Shown here piece after piece: positions 51,251 through 63,800 of a DNA stretch of 64,000 bases. A program made the translations under genes and the position numbers. Source of the DNA: Tubiluchus corallicola (lineage: Eukaryota > Animalia > Priapulida); the NCBI GenBank assembly GCA_030141605.1, contig JAQGDQ010000203.1, positions 62,001-126,000 of the forward strand, read 5' to 3'. The notes beneath the pieces were generated by a model, which had not been told where the DNA came from, did no database searches, and worked only from the letters and a program-made list of their open reading frames with translations. How positions within the stretch are numbered: the first letter of the stretch is position 1; each line of letters starts with the position of its first letter.

Positions 51251-54200
51251 CTATGAGACAGAATAGTATCAGTACTATTACTATTACTAAGTTCAATAAC
51301 TGTTATTATTTAATTCCTGCTCTATTGATAAATTATCTTTCAAAATGTGTTCTGCTGTTCGGATTATTGCATTTACTGATCATTCGCTGAGAAATAGATA
51401 TCCAAAAGTTATTTTAGCTAACAATGGTAGCCACTTTTTGAAATGGAATACTTCATCTAAAGCTAAATCAGCGGCGACGAACAAGAGTTTGTTATAGAAT
51501 CAAGTGAACTTTCATACGAAGAGTGTGAACTGTTCGCTGCAACTGATTCTAGTCTTGTCCTTTAGTCAAAGAAATTCAACCGAAGCTATTAAATCTTAAT
51601 TTAGTTAGTCTGAATTCTAGCAGCACACGAAAGTTCAAGCAGCACAAGTTGCTGACAACATTTTATACATATTTGGAAAACAAAAATGAACAAATACAAT
51701 TTAATATAACCCACAATCAAATCAGTAGAATTTCCATCAGGGTCGCTACATTCTAAACGGAAAACGAAGGTCGTCATAAGTTCATCCGCACTTTAAGTTT
51801 GCCTCTGCAAATAAAAAAACTCGCGTACAAAAAAAAAGAAAAGTGAATGTGAAAAGTGAAGACTCAGAGCACAAATGACTTTTGGCGTCTTAAAAGTTTG
51901 TTAATTACAAAGGAATAAGAAACGAATAAATCAACAGAAACTCGGCTGACAGACTACAGTTTGCACATTTTAAGGCTTCGTAAATATGAGAACAGGTTTC
52001 TCTGATATAAAAATATGTACCCATATCAGACAAATTGGCCATTCCAATAGATCACTAGTATATAAAACTTGTAAGTCTAGAGGTCAGCGAGACAAACAGG
52101 CCGCCAGGCCAAGACACCCAAAAAGACCTTGAAGAGAAAAAAGAACGAAACATAACAGCGCTAGATAAATAGGGAAAAGCAACTACAAAACACATAATAT
52201 GCTCTGTTGTTAACACCACCTACAATACTAGCAAATGCCATTGAACGACATCGTATAGCATATACCCGTTTAAGATTACAATGACACAGACTCAAGGTGG
52301 AAATGGAAAGATGGTATGATGAGACTAGGTTGTGCCAATATGGGCAAGTTCAAGCAGAGCATCATGGGATAGATGAGTGTCCATTAACGGATCGTGTTAG
52401 GAGACAATGCCACAATGTAGATTACAGTAATTTAAACGAATTCTCTTCAAAATAGGCTTAATACGTTTAAATTGTGCTTTAAAATTTTAAATAAGTTTGA
52501 TATTTAACAGGTATATAATTTAGTGTTTTATTTTAATATTTTCTTCATCTTCTGTGGTGTGTTTAATGATAGCCGTGTAATAATTATTTGACATAGGCTG
52601 TAACCGTAAAGATCACTTACCCCATTTGTATATGTAATGTACGTGTAACTATTATTATGGTCAATAAATTAACTAACTAACTACATGGAACGATTCTTGA
52701 AGGAAAATCGTGATGGATTTGCTCATAGTCGAGTTGACTTTGACTCATAGCAGGATGATTTAACTACAGATGCAACTGAAGACAATGTCACTGTTCCAAT
52801 ATCTGTAATTGTTTTTCATTAGTTACTCTACGACAAGATTGTTGCTGCAATAATCTCATTAAACGTGTTCCTGGATTGGCACTGCCACTGTATTGTTGTC
52901 GAATGAAATCATCATTCCTTTGAAATGGCGTACGCATAACCACCACCATGCATCGTAACAGTTCGATATGACCAAGTGAAAGCACACCTGCACAAACAAA
53001 CTTTTGACTGTTTACAGCTACGTGTTGAGTCCAAAATAACCACGGCTAGCGTTTACATGAAATAACCATAGGTTACAACAAAAATCACAGAAGTGTAGTC
53101 AATACTATAGTATATGAAAGTCTCTAAAGTCGCAACAAAGTTCGAATAAGTAAAGCAGTCTTATTGATGAACGAGGGTGCGGTGCTCAGTTAATAAATAG
53201 AAGACGGGCGATTTCTATGTTGTAAGGTTTCTTAACGTTCTTACACATAAGCTGAATATTACTGTAGCATAGTCTGTAATCCATCCGTGCATAACATGAT
53301 CTTGGAAAGTGTACGACACTGCTGTACCTGACAACCACCTAAAGTGCTTTTACTTTCACTTTGATTTTACTCTACAAAAAGTGGCTGAAAAGTCTGTAAA
53401 CCTCTAAACTTGGTTAAACTCGTGCACATCTGTTTGCCGATCCGATATAAAAGACTATCAGTTGTAATACCAAACCGGTGAAATTGTAGATGGAATTTTG
53501 ATCATGCTGGTGATACACTGAAATTGTCTGTAGTGTGTCTAGTCCTAGGCCAAGCGGAATAAAAAAGTGACTAGTCATAAGTGGCTAGACGTATCTTGAG
53601 CCGATAGTGAACCAGGAAGACTTGTGAGAGCCATTTCCCAGTCCAAGTTGCAGCTGCCATCATCACAGTTGATGATTGTGTTCATGGTTAGAAGTTGCCG
53701 ATGCTTTGCGGATGCTGGTGTGAGCTGTGAGCTACGTTCGGACTTCTCTTTCATTTCATTATCCTCCCAGGGGAAGGGTTTGAAGAATAAGTAGATGTTT
53801 TGTCTTTTTGCTCCGCTGTTATTGCTATCTCTTATGAAAACGTTCATTTGAATTCTGGAACGAGTTAAGAAGTCAATAAAACTAGTAAAAAGTAATCATA
53901 ATCTTTTCTTCCATTTTATAAGAAATTTTGCTGTTGAAATGCATAAATTGAATATGTAATTTTGTTTAACATGAAAATGAATAATGCCTAAGCAGATCCC
54001 CGCAAAATGTAACATCAAGCTATCGACTCGCTGCTTCAACATTGCAACGTCTTTCAAAACCAGATTAATTGCCCCTGTATCGTTAATTTTACGGGTTCAT
54101 ATGCCTTCTGGAAAATTACAGGACAACAATTGCCCACGCCTGTTGCACATTAAGGATTTTATTGTGCAAGTTTGTCTGATTTGTGGATGAAAAAATGGAG

Positions 54201-54974
54201 GTAAAAAATTGCAACACACCATAAAAATTTACTAGCTCGCAACATACGTGGATGATGACTGTCGAAACAAGAACGAATACGAGAATGATTACTAGGTTTT
54301 TATCATAACAGCAGACGAGTCAAGTCCCTCGATGCATAGAGTCAGAGGAAAACTCAAGAGGGTACAAAGGCCATACAAGGCTGCGATGGTTTCCGGCGAT
54401 TACTAAACAGCACCACAGCGAAAAGCATCTATCACTTCTTTCAATTCCTAGATGCGAGCCTACCAGCGCCATATTGGATTAACACTGTTAAAGGCAAATG
54501 CAAAAACTATAAGCTACTAGTGCATAAAGCTAAAACAAAAGCAATGATTCAGTACACTCATTCACATAAATATTTTTAATAGCTACGTAATACACAACAT
54601 AAGCACAATACAATAAGTATAATAGATAATTTTGTCAAACAAAAGTTACACCAAATTGTCACAATTTACACATACATACATATGAATATGATACATAACA
54701 AAATTTACTTTTTTTATGATTTACAGCTTATGAGTTGGAACTATATAGCTAATGAAGTTAACTTGGTTTTATTGTAATATAGATTCTCTTTCAATTGTTG
54801 GAGACGCAGTTTTATAAAATATGCAGTAAAGAAGTTAGCACCATATGCGCGAGTTGGTTTTTGAAAACTACTTAATTGGTATTGTTTTTATTCTGTTTTA
54901 TATTGATTGTTTAAAATTAGGAGGCGTGAGTTCCACAAATAAATTGCTGGCTTGCTTAGTGAATTATTACCAAA

Positions 54975-56600
54975 CTAGCTAAGGCCCCGCAAAAAGTTTT
55001 CCGTATAAATACACTTATAATCAATAATACGTGAACATCCTACATAGTCCTCCTTTATAGCGCAAAGCCATTAGCAGCTTTTACTGAATTAAAGTTATAA
55101 GGTTATAAGCAAAGTATGGATGACGTCAGAACAACAGCTTTGCGTCTGCAGTTTTCCGGCCGAAAATCGCCTGAAATGGAACCTCCAAACAACACAGCTC
55201 CCTATGGTGGATGTTTCCTAAAACGTAGCTTACACCATCGTGTATCCCTGTTTTTCCTCTTTCTAAAAAGTGATATGTCTCCTTCCAAGAGTCCCACCAG
55301 GCGCCGCTAGGACGTTTTTTCTATAGGCTGTTTGGCCAAAACTTCGAAAACATCAGGAGTTCGGTCCGGGAAAACGCCGGTCACGTAGCCCTCCCGCGAA
55401 ATCTAAATTATGACTATGACACCCACCGTTGAATGGGCTATCTAACCATTACTGACACTGCCCCCGTCACGTTCCTGTTCTCTAGAAATAAGAGGTATAA
55501 GTTGCAATTTTTTCAAAAAACGGCTGAAGAATGTCCATTTTTGGAGGTTTTTCGCCCTCCGTTCGTCCCAGTGGGCCCGATTCGAAAAATAAACCACCCC
55601 AATGGCAAATCTGTGGACCCGGACCTTTCGTTTGATGTATTGATCGCCGAAAATGGTGCCGTCGTCGGTTTTATATATATATACCCATATACCACCGAAA
55701 TTAATATATAGACTAGCCAAACCCCGCAAAAAAGAATTTTGCACATAAATGAACACACAGTCTACACCACACCACCCACACCATACCACCCCACCACACT
55801 ACCACACCACACCGCCCACACTTTCCACACCAGTCACACCACAGAACCCACACCACACTGCAGCGCACCACACCATACCACCAAACCACAACACCCACAC
55901 ACCACACCACCTACATCATACCACACTACCCACACAACACCCACCACCCCAAACCCACCAGATCACATGGTAATTATATTGATAACGATGATGATGATGA
56001 TGGCGACGACGAGCATCAACACCAACAACACAGCAGCACAGTGAAACCATGCAAAATATTTTGCACAAAATTGAAATTGTATGTTATGATAAATGTTCTT
56101 ATACCCACCAATGATCAATGATACACGCACATTCTACGTAGTGTTTGCAAGCTGCTCATTTTGATGGACTACTATTATAACACTTACATTAGCAGCTTTT
56201 ACTGAACAAAATTATAGGCAGAGTATAATTAATGACGTCACAACAGAGGCTTTGCGTCAGCAGTTTTCCAAGCGAAAATCGCCTGAAATGGAACCTCCAA
56301 TCAACTCATTACAGCTCCTCACGCTGGGCGTGTTCTAAAAATAAAGAACTATATATCGCCTTCCAAGAGTCCCACCAGGCGCCGCTAGGACATTTTTTCT
56401 AGGCTGTTTGATCGAAATTTCTAAAAAATTGGGAGTTGGGTCCGGGAAAACGCCCGTTGCGGGACGCCATAGACCTCTCGCGAATTCTAAATATGACTGT
56501 AACACCCACTGTTGAATGGGCTATTCAACCATTGCCAGCACACCCATTCCGGATCTCTAGAAATAAGAGGTAAAAGTTTTGCAAAAACGGCTGAAAATGG
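54975..56600 (-). mobile_element. Head-to-tail dimer of a non-autonomous Helitron-like element
   Basis: Copy 1 spans 55712-54975 (minus strand TC...CTAG|T). Copy 2 3' end CTAG at 55716-55713 abuts the copy 1 TC. About 430 bp of internal sequence is duplicated (55070-55530 vs 56189-56600); subterminal gcaaaa..ttttgc hairpin. Confidence 0.7.
55752..56040. repeat. CA-rich low-complexity (CACCA)n tract followed by (GAT)n
   Basis: accacaccaccc... inside Helitron-like copy 2. Confidence 0.85.
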
Positions 56601-56619
56601 TAAATGGATCTAATTAATG

Positions 56620-57250
56620 CTACTGAGATCAAATGATAAACTGCCAGCCAGAAATTTTCTATTGGAATTAATGGAGAAAAAATTGAAAGAAAGGATCATG
56701 CCAAATGTTTGGGAATGTATATTGATGAATACTTAAATTGGAAAATTCATATTATTTAAATAAAAAACAAAATAAGTAAAACTTTCGCTATACTCTATAA
56801 ATTACGTAATGCAATGAATGTGAACGATATAATGACAATTTATTATAGTTTGGTTTACCCATACCTGATATATGGTTTAATGTTATGAGAAAGTGTTAAC
56901 AAGTCAAACTTGCAAGTATTCAAACAACTCAAAATAAAATACTTAGTACGATACATTCGGGATCGTATGACTATTCCCCTAGTGTCATCTGTCAAATATC
57001 AAAAACTCTAAAAATTAAAGAACTTAATGAACACTTACTGCGTTTTATTTTTATGTCATTATAAATTTTACCATGGTTTCAAACAAATTTATTTTAAATA
57101 TTTGAATCTGGTAAAGAGATTACTAGAATTCCAATACGCAAAATTTCTTTCTTGTGCTGACTACAAAATTAAAGCAAATTTTTAAAACACAAATTTTTTA
57201 CAGCGCCGTTAATTGCAATAAGTATTCTATGGCGCCTAACAACAATTAAA
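56620..57250 (+). mobile_element. Decayed LINE RT C-terminal fragment
   Basis: KCLGMYIDEYLNWKIHI and YYSLVYPYLIYG motifs; frame broken. Confidence 0.7.
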
Positions 57251-57660
57251 TAAAGGCATCAGCATTATAATTAAAATTTAAATAGATCATAATAAAACCC
57301 AGTGAATTAAACCAGACACTGTACACAACGTGAAGTAGTGAACTTAGTTCGAAAAGGCTAAGATGTCCTTTTTTGAAATGATAATTTTTAAATCACTTCA
57401 CTGTGATTTAAATATGCAAATTGGATTCCTTGATTCCAAAATAATGTATTATCACTAAAATAGCTCACATAGGATGAATAATGAACAAGTTGTCAGTTGT
57501 CAGTTGTCCGGTGCACATCGTTTGTCTCGTGCTCCGGTTGCTAATTATACCAGTTAGTGTTGAATAGATAGTGATTAGGCCGTGAGGCCAAGGCTGTACA
57601 AATTTACTTATGTTAAAAGATACTACGTCGAACAAAGTATATGTTAAAAGACATACATGA

Positions 57661-59214
57661 ATGGCAAGGAAAAGTTGCACGCTTTGCAAAAATGCAAAAA
57701 ATCCAGTAAATAAAAATCAGCTATTTCTTGCAACGTGCGAAAGGTGCTTCAAAAAACATAGGCAAACGGCGAATATGGGAAATGATGGACACGAGGCGGC
57801 AGAAATTGTGTTTCCCGACTTCGTACTTGTTGGTGATCCAGAGGGCGAACGATATAAACAAATGCTAATTGCCTTGCAAATAAAAACCAAAAATGAGGAA
57901 AAAGAGAGTAAAAAGACAATTCAATGCTTGGAGTCAAAACTAGCTGCCAGCTATAAAGAGCAGTCAACTCTCATCGAAAAGGTTCATAAATTATCAACGG
58001 AACTCTCTGAACTACAAAAAAGAAAGCGAAATGTAAGCAACCAAACAAGTGATAATTCCTCCAAAGATCCCAGTCACACAGATGAAGCAAGTCAAACTTT
58101 GCTTGTGAATGGAGACACCTCCTCATCGAAACACGGCAATAATGACCTTCCATCGCAGGGTGAAACCTTGCAGGAAAAGGAAACTTACAATGCCACAATA
58201 ACTGTGAATCAAAGAAGGAAAAATCATAAGACCATACATGCAACCACTCAAACGCTAGTCCTGGGAGACTCACGGACCGTATACTTAAATCCAAAGGACA
58301 TCGGGCAAAACGTCCAGGTACACTCATACAGAGGCTTAACATTAGAAGAGTTAAGCACAAAAGTGTTAAACCATTATCCAGCTATGAAACTTGAAAATGT
58401 GATCATCGCTTGTGGTGTAAATGACATAAGACGGCTAGCGCAAAAATGAGACGAGGTTGGACAGCAAATCGACAAAGAATCATCAGTTAGAGACATCATT
58501 ACAATTGCAGACAACTGTGCAAAAAACATTGCAAGTAAGTTTAAAGCTGCAAACATTTTTATTTGTAATATACTGCTGACTTCAAAAAGTAAGCATTTTA
58601 ATGCAAAACCATGTAATATCTTTCTGACAAACGAGCTTATACGCTCTTTCAATAATGATCTAGTCTATTTAGCTAACAAAGAGGGCTATTTATTGTGCAA
58701 CATTCAAAGTCATTTTTTAGCTGAAGGGTTAATGGCAAGAGACGGTTTACATTTAAGTCGTGCTGGTGTATCAAAATTAGCAGAACGACTGAACTTATGT
58801 TTACACAATGATCCTAAACGTTGGTACGTGAAAACAAGACGCAAGCCAATGTCCCATACAAACCCATACCAACACAATTATGCAATTTCGCGCCTAAATA
58901 ACTCGTTTAATTTAAGTATTAGTTCATCTCACAATACCAGCTATTCAGACGCAGTTAAGAAACCTGGTCTTCTCCCAACGCCAGTAATTAACGACCCACA
59001 GCGAACCTACTCCGTTTCGAACCGGAGAGAGCCATCTGAACGAAGCAGTTTGTACTACACAGAATCGGCTAAAGCTCATTATCCTAATAAATGTTCTACA
59101 ACACTGCCAAGCCAAAATGAACCGCTGCTGTTAACTCAGGAACCAGTTCTAAAATCCGAGATTGAAAACATACTAACCAAAGCCTTTAAAGAGCTTATCT
59201 CCAAGTTCATATAG
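57661..59214 (+). pseudogene. LINE ORF1: Cys-pair Zn finger, coiled coil, SGNH/GDSL esterase (517 codons, one internal TGA)
   Basis: CTLC...CERC; heptad-rich segment; LVLGDS, ACGVND, RDGLHLS. Frame is continuous except TGA at 58447-58449. Confidence 0.85.
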
Positions 59215-59310
59215 GCCTAGTATCGTTTAGCTTGGTTTTAGACATTACTCTGAACTTTAAAGCTAGTCTGCGTAAACCTGTTATAAAACTCTTTTTTTTA
59301 CTATTCTATT

Positions 59311-62300
59311 ATGATTTTAATGATGACACTGAATAACAGAAAATTTTTAGCACTGCTGCTAGTGAATTTTTACATAATATGGCAAAATAGGCCAATCCAT
59401 CCTAACTCGTGTAAAGATTATAACGTAACAATTGTGTATACTAGTATTATAATAACAATTATCTCACCCACGTTATTACATAATAGGAAATATTTACTTC
59501 TTATAGTACTGTATTCTATACAAGCCCTTTTACTCGCAACCGATATTAGTATCCTTATGATCGTTCTAAAATTAATTTACCACGCATGTGTAACGTTCTA
59601 CTGTGTAAGCTTGATACTATGCTGCCGTATTACTGCAAAAAAACTGCAAGTTAAAGTTATTTTATTTGTGTTAATAGGTACATTTTGGAAACCATACGAA
59701 TTTACTTCTTGTATCATAGTTGATATTTCTAACGTATCTTATCATAAAATTACCAAATTTATTTGTGATTATGGGAGCCTTTGTATATTTAACGCCAAAT
59801 ATCAAACAGTTAAGTTCTTTTATTGTAACTATGCTTACGTCTTAGTTATACTACGTACATTACTATACATACTAAAACTGAAAATGATCTACGTAACAGT
59901 AATTTGTAATGTAATGACTAAAGGTAATTTAAACAACTTTTTCATTGCTTTTCCTGTAAATAGCGATAGAATAAGACACTCTATGCAATTTATTTTAAAA
60001 AGATTTGTATCCATCTTAAAAGTTGTGTACCTCGGTGCTATAAGACAAATGCGTCATGTCAATCTAAAATACGTAGCACTAAAAAAATTGGAAAAATTAC
60101 AGATTTCATCTAAATTTGAAAGCACTCTATACTCATGTTCTGAACTGGCTTACATTTTAACCATAATTCGTTTACTACTTATACTTGGTGGTATCGAAAC
60201 TAACCCTGGACCCATTTTGCCAAATAATAATAATAATAACACCAACAATAATAATACCAGTGATGAGCTAAAAGAATTCATGATTACTTATAAAAAGAAC
60301 ATCAAATTTCTAAATATAAATATTCAAAGTCTCGTCAAAAAACACTGGCTGCTGAAAGATACAATTCACGCCACCGAAAATCTGATTGTAGGCATAACAG
60401 AAACTTGGCTACATAAACAAATACTTAGCAACACTATAGAATTACCTAATCACACATTAATAAGAAGAGATCGATGTAAAAATAAGAAAGGTGGAGGGGT
60501 TGCGATGTATATACCTTCACACCTGAGACCACAAGAAATGAAAAGCATCAGAACCGGCAAGATTGAATCTGTTTGGTGCAGCATTGAGAACTATGTAATA
60601 GGAACTATATATAGACCACCCAATCTCAAACACAAAACATTTTTCAAATACTTTAGTGAAGAACTAGAACGCAGTGTTTTCGAAAATAAAAAGTTCTTAT
60701 AATGGGCGATTTCAACCTTGATATTTTAGCTACAAACACACTGGCATACAAAACATACACCGAGCTCTTAAAACAATATAATGTCCACATACTTAACAAC
60801 AATAAACCTACTCGAATTTCTAAAACATCAGCCACAGTAATCGACCATTTCATTTCGAATAGTAACAATAATTTCGTAGCATATGATACTTTTCCGTGTG
60901 ATTATTCAGATCATCATTTCATAATATTAGTAGATAAAATGACCCCACAGCATAATAATAACCAAAATTCAGTCTGGCATTTAATGAGAGACTACGCCCA
61001 ATACAACAAACATTCATACTTAATCGACTTAGCAAAAATGAACTGGACCTCCGTATATATGACTGATAAAATAGATACACAAGTTAATATTCTGACATAT
61101 AATGTCGAATATTGCCTTAATGTACATGCACCATATAAAAACGTAAAGCAAATCCCACAACAAAGCAAACTCTATAACGAAAGTACCTGGACAACACCTG
61201 AACTTGACAAACTAAGAATAGCGAAAAACAGAATGTATAATATATGGGAAAAGAACAAAACTAAAAACAATCATAACAATTATAAAAAAAAAGAGAAATC
61301 AATTTAATAATCTTAATAAATGCTTGAAAAATAAACATATACAACAACAATGTAAAAACGCAACAAATACCAAAGAAAAATGGAAAATTATTAACAATGT
61401 AATAAATAAATGCCGTAACAAACTAATGCGTGTTGACGAAATTAAGATCAACAACACTGTTATTACAAAACCCAAAGATATTGCCAACGCGCTAAATGCA
61501 ATATTCCTGAATCTTGGAAATTTTAAGGGAGTGGCTTCTCATATTAGCAATAATATAATTAATAAATTAAAAAACAAATCGTCTAACACAGTATTCTCGT
61601 TCAAAAGCGTCACAGTAGGAGAAATTAACGACATATTAAATAACCTAAGTTCCAACAAAGGGAGTGGACCATCAGATATTCCTATCAAAATTCTAAAAGA
61701 TAGCGCATCTGTAATAGCCCCGCATATGACTTACATTACTAATCAGATAATTATGAGAGGCGAATTTCCAACGGTATGTAAAATGGCAAACGTGACTCCA
61801 ATCCATAAAAAAGATCCAAAATGTGATCCCATGAATTATCGCCCAATTTCCGTAATCCATTGTTTCGGTAAAGTTTGGGAAAGGGTAATTTATGATCAGA
61901 TAAATTCATATGTAAATAAACATGAACTTTTATCAAAACATCAGTTTGGCTTCCGTAAACACCATTCAACCATTGACGCCCTAATACACACAACAGAAAA
62001 TTGGAGACATAGTTTAGACAACAAGCACTACATTTTAGCAGCATTTTTGGATTTAAGTAAAGCTTTCGATAGCATTAATCACGAACTACTTTACGATAAT
62101 TTAAAACAAATCGGATTAGATTCGATATCGTTAAAACTGATACAAAATTATCTCAAAGATAGACAACAACGAGTAAAGTTAGATACAACCAACTTTTCTG
62201 ACTGGGCCACGTTAAATAGAGGTATACCGCAAGGAACACTACTAGGTCCGTTATTATTTTGCCTATATATAAACAACATATCCAGTGTATTAAAACACTC

Positions 62301-63274
62301 ACAAATAACGCAATACGCTGATGACACTACAATCTACATAGCCCATGAAAATGTCCAAACTGCAAAAAATTATTTAGAAGAAGATATAAAAAAATATAAA
62401 TATGGCATTTAGTCATTACAAGCTAAAAATGAATAATGACAAAACAGAATTCATGATACTGTCACCCTCATTAAATACTAATGATGCATCATCAACCACT
62501 TTGACAATAGATAATGCTGTAATCAAACAAACTAACAATGTTAAATTCCTGGGCATACAAGTAGACAATAATCTTTCATGGGATGATCACTTTAATAACA
62601 TATACACAAAAATGGCATCTAGCACATCATATCTCCGACAAGTTAAAGGGCAACTAACAAAGGACACTAAAACACTAATATATAAAACTTTAGTTCTACC
62701 ACACTTCTTATATGGATGTACGCTACTTCAAAAAACCAAAAGAGAAAATTACTTAAAATTAAATCTCCTTCAAAACTATGCGTTGAGATTGATAGCTGGG
62801 TACTCATACAAACACAAGGCAGGTAGACAAAAATTCAAAGCTTCAACAACTAACCTGAGAAAAACTTTAAAATTCCCAATCATTGAAGCACACAAAGAAT
62901 ATTTTACTCTGCTTTTTATATTTAAATACATTAACAACATCAGCAAACCATTCCAGAATAACAGATTTACCTTTTTTCCAAATCCTATCGTTAATTCCAG
63001 AACATTCAATCTAAAACAAATTAGGACAAATACCCACTATGGAACGAACTCTGTAATCAAACAAGCAATTTTACTTTGGAATTCTCTACCATTACAGGTT
63101 AAACAAATCAAGTCCCTATCAGCATTTAAAACAAAATTAAAATCACTAATATTAACCAGATATGAAATACCATCACACCAGTACGACAACATACACACTA
63201 ATTCCGAATTCATATACCCACGGCCATATTTATTAAATCATAGTTTTTTATTTTTTTTATTTTTTTGTGTATAG
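59311..63274 (+). pseudogene. LINE ORF2: hydrophobic leader, 2A-like motif, AP endonuclease, reverse transcriptase (three frameshifts)
   Basis: NINIQSL, GITETWL, GGGVAMY, IYRPP, GDFN, IDH, SDH (APE); NYRPIS, QFGFR, FLDLSKAFDS, GIPQGTLLGP, YADD (RT). Frameshifts near 60690, 61290 and 62390. Confidence 0.9.
60151..60213 (+). other. 2A-like (StopGo) ribosomal skipping motif
   Basis: YILTIIRLLLILGGIETNPG|P directly upstream of the APE domain; differs from the D(V/I)ExNPGP consensus by G for D. Confidence 0.75.
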
Positions 63275-63439
63275 TTGTAAATATGTTTGATTTTATTCGT
63301 CATTACTGCACAGTAGTTTAGATTGCACTGACGCATTTGCCTTCAGCAGTGTAAGTTTTTATTAACTAACACTGATTGATTATCTCTATAAAGTTTTTAT
63401 CAGTGATTATCAATGTTTTTAATGGCAAATAAATAATAA

Positions 63440-63800
63440 AACAAGAATGCACTCAGTAGAAAGCAGATCTCTGCCAAAGTCGAACAATGGTATTCTTATT
63501 CATCTGATTTTTTTGATTAAAAAATTTAATACAAAGATAAACAAACAAATATACAATAATGTACATGTGTTGGCATTATATAGACTAGCAAAAGACTCAC
63601 ATATTTGTTCATTAAATGAATTTATAATCAATAATGCTCGAATGTTCCACATGGTGTTTCTCTACCTTTTCACCAATAATTTTGGGGGTAATAGACTGAC
63701 AAATATATACGTATCAAGTCATTATAAATTATAGACAACGTTACACACTTTTACAAGCGTGAATTTCTAGAAAAGGAACTGGAACTAACACGCTGTTGTT
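63440..63800. mobile_element. Terminus of a probable Helitron/Helentron-type non-autonomous element
   Basis: aaaacaagaatgcactcagtagaaagcagatctctgccaa resembles the ACAAGA-type terminus with subterminal hairpin (gcag-at-ct-ctgc); recalled resemblance only. Confidence 0.35.

Larger units (their letters stand above)
57480..63440 (+). mobile_element. Near full-length CR1/L2-group (Crack/Daphne-like) non-LTR retrotransposon
   Basis: ORF1, then ORF2 with APE and RT domains, then a short 3' UTR ending in aataaataataaa; 5' boundary approximate; no convincing TSD. Confidence 0.92.

Noticed and set aside
55713-56044. His/Thr/Pro-rich and Trp/Val/Cys-rich ORFs
   Set aside because: Translations of the CA-rich low-complexity tract.
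57477-57489. Target-site duplication for the large LINE (aataatgaacaag vs aataataaaacaag)
   Set aside because: Imperfect and low-complexity; the right-hand copy overlaps the tail and the next element's terminus.
58447-58449. Programmed read-through or selenocysteine at the ORF1 TGA
   Set aside because: A CGA>TGA transition in a decaying copy is simpler; no SECIS or read-through context recognised.
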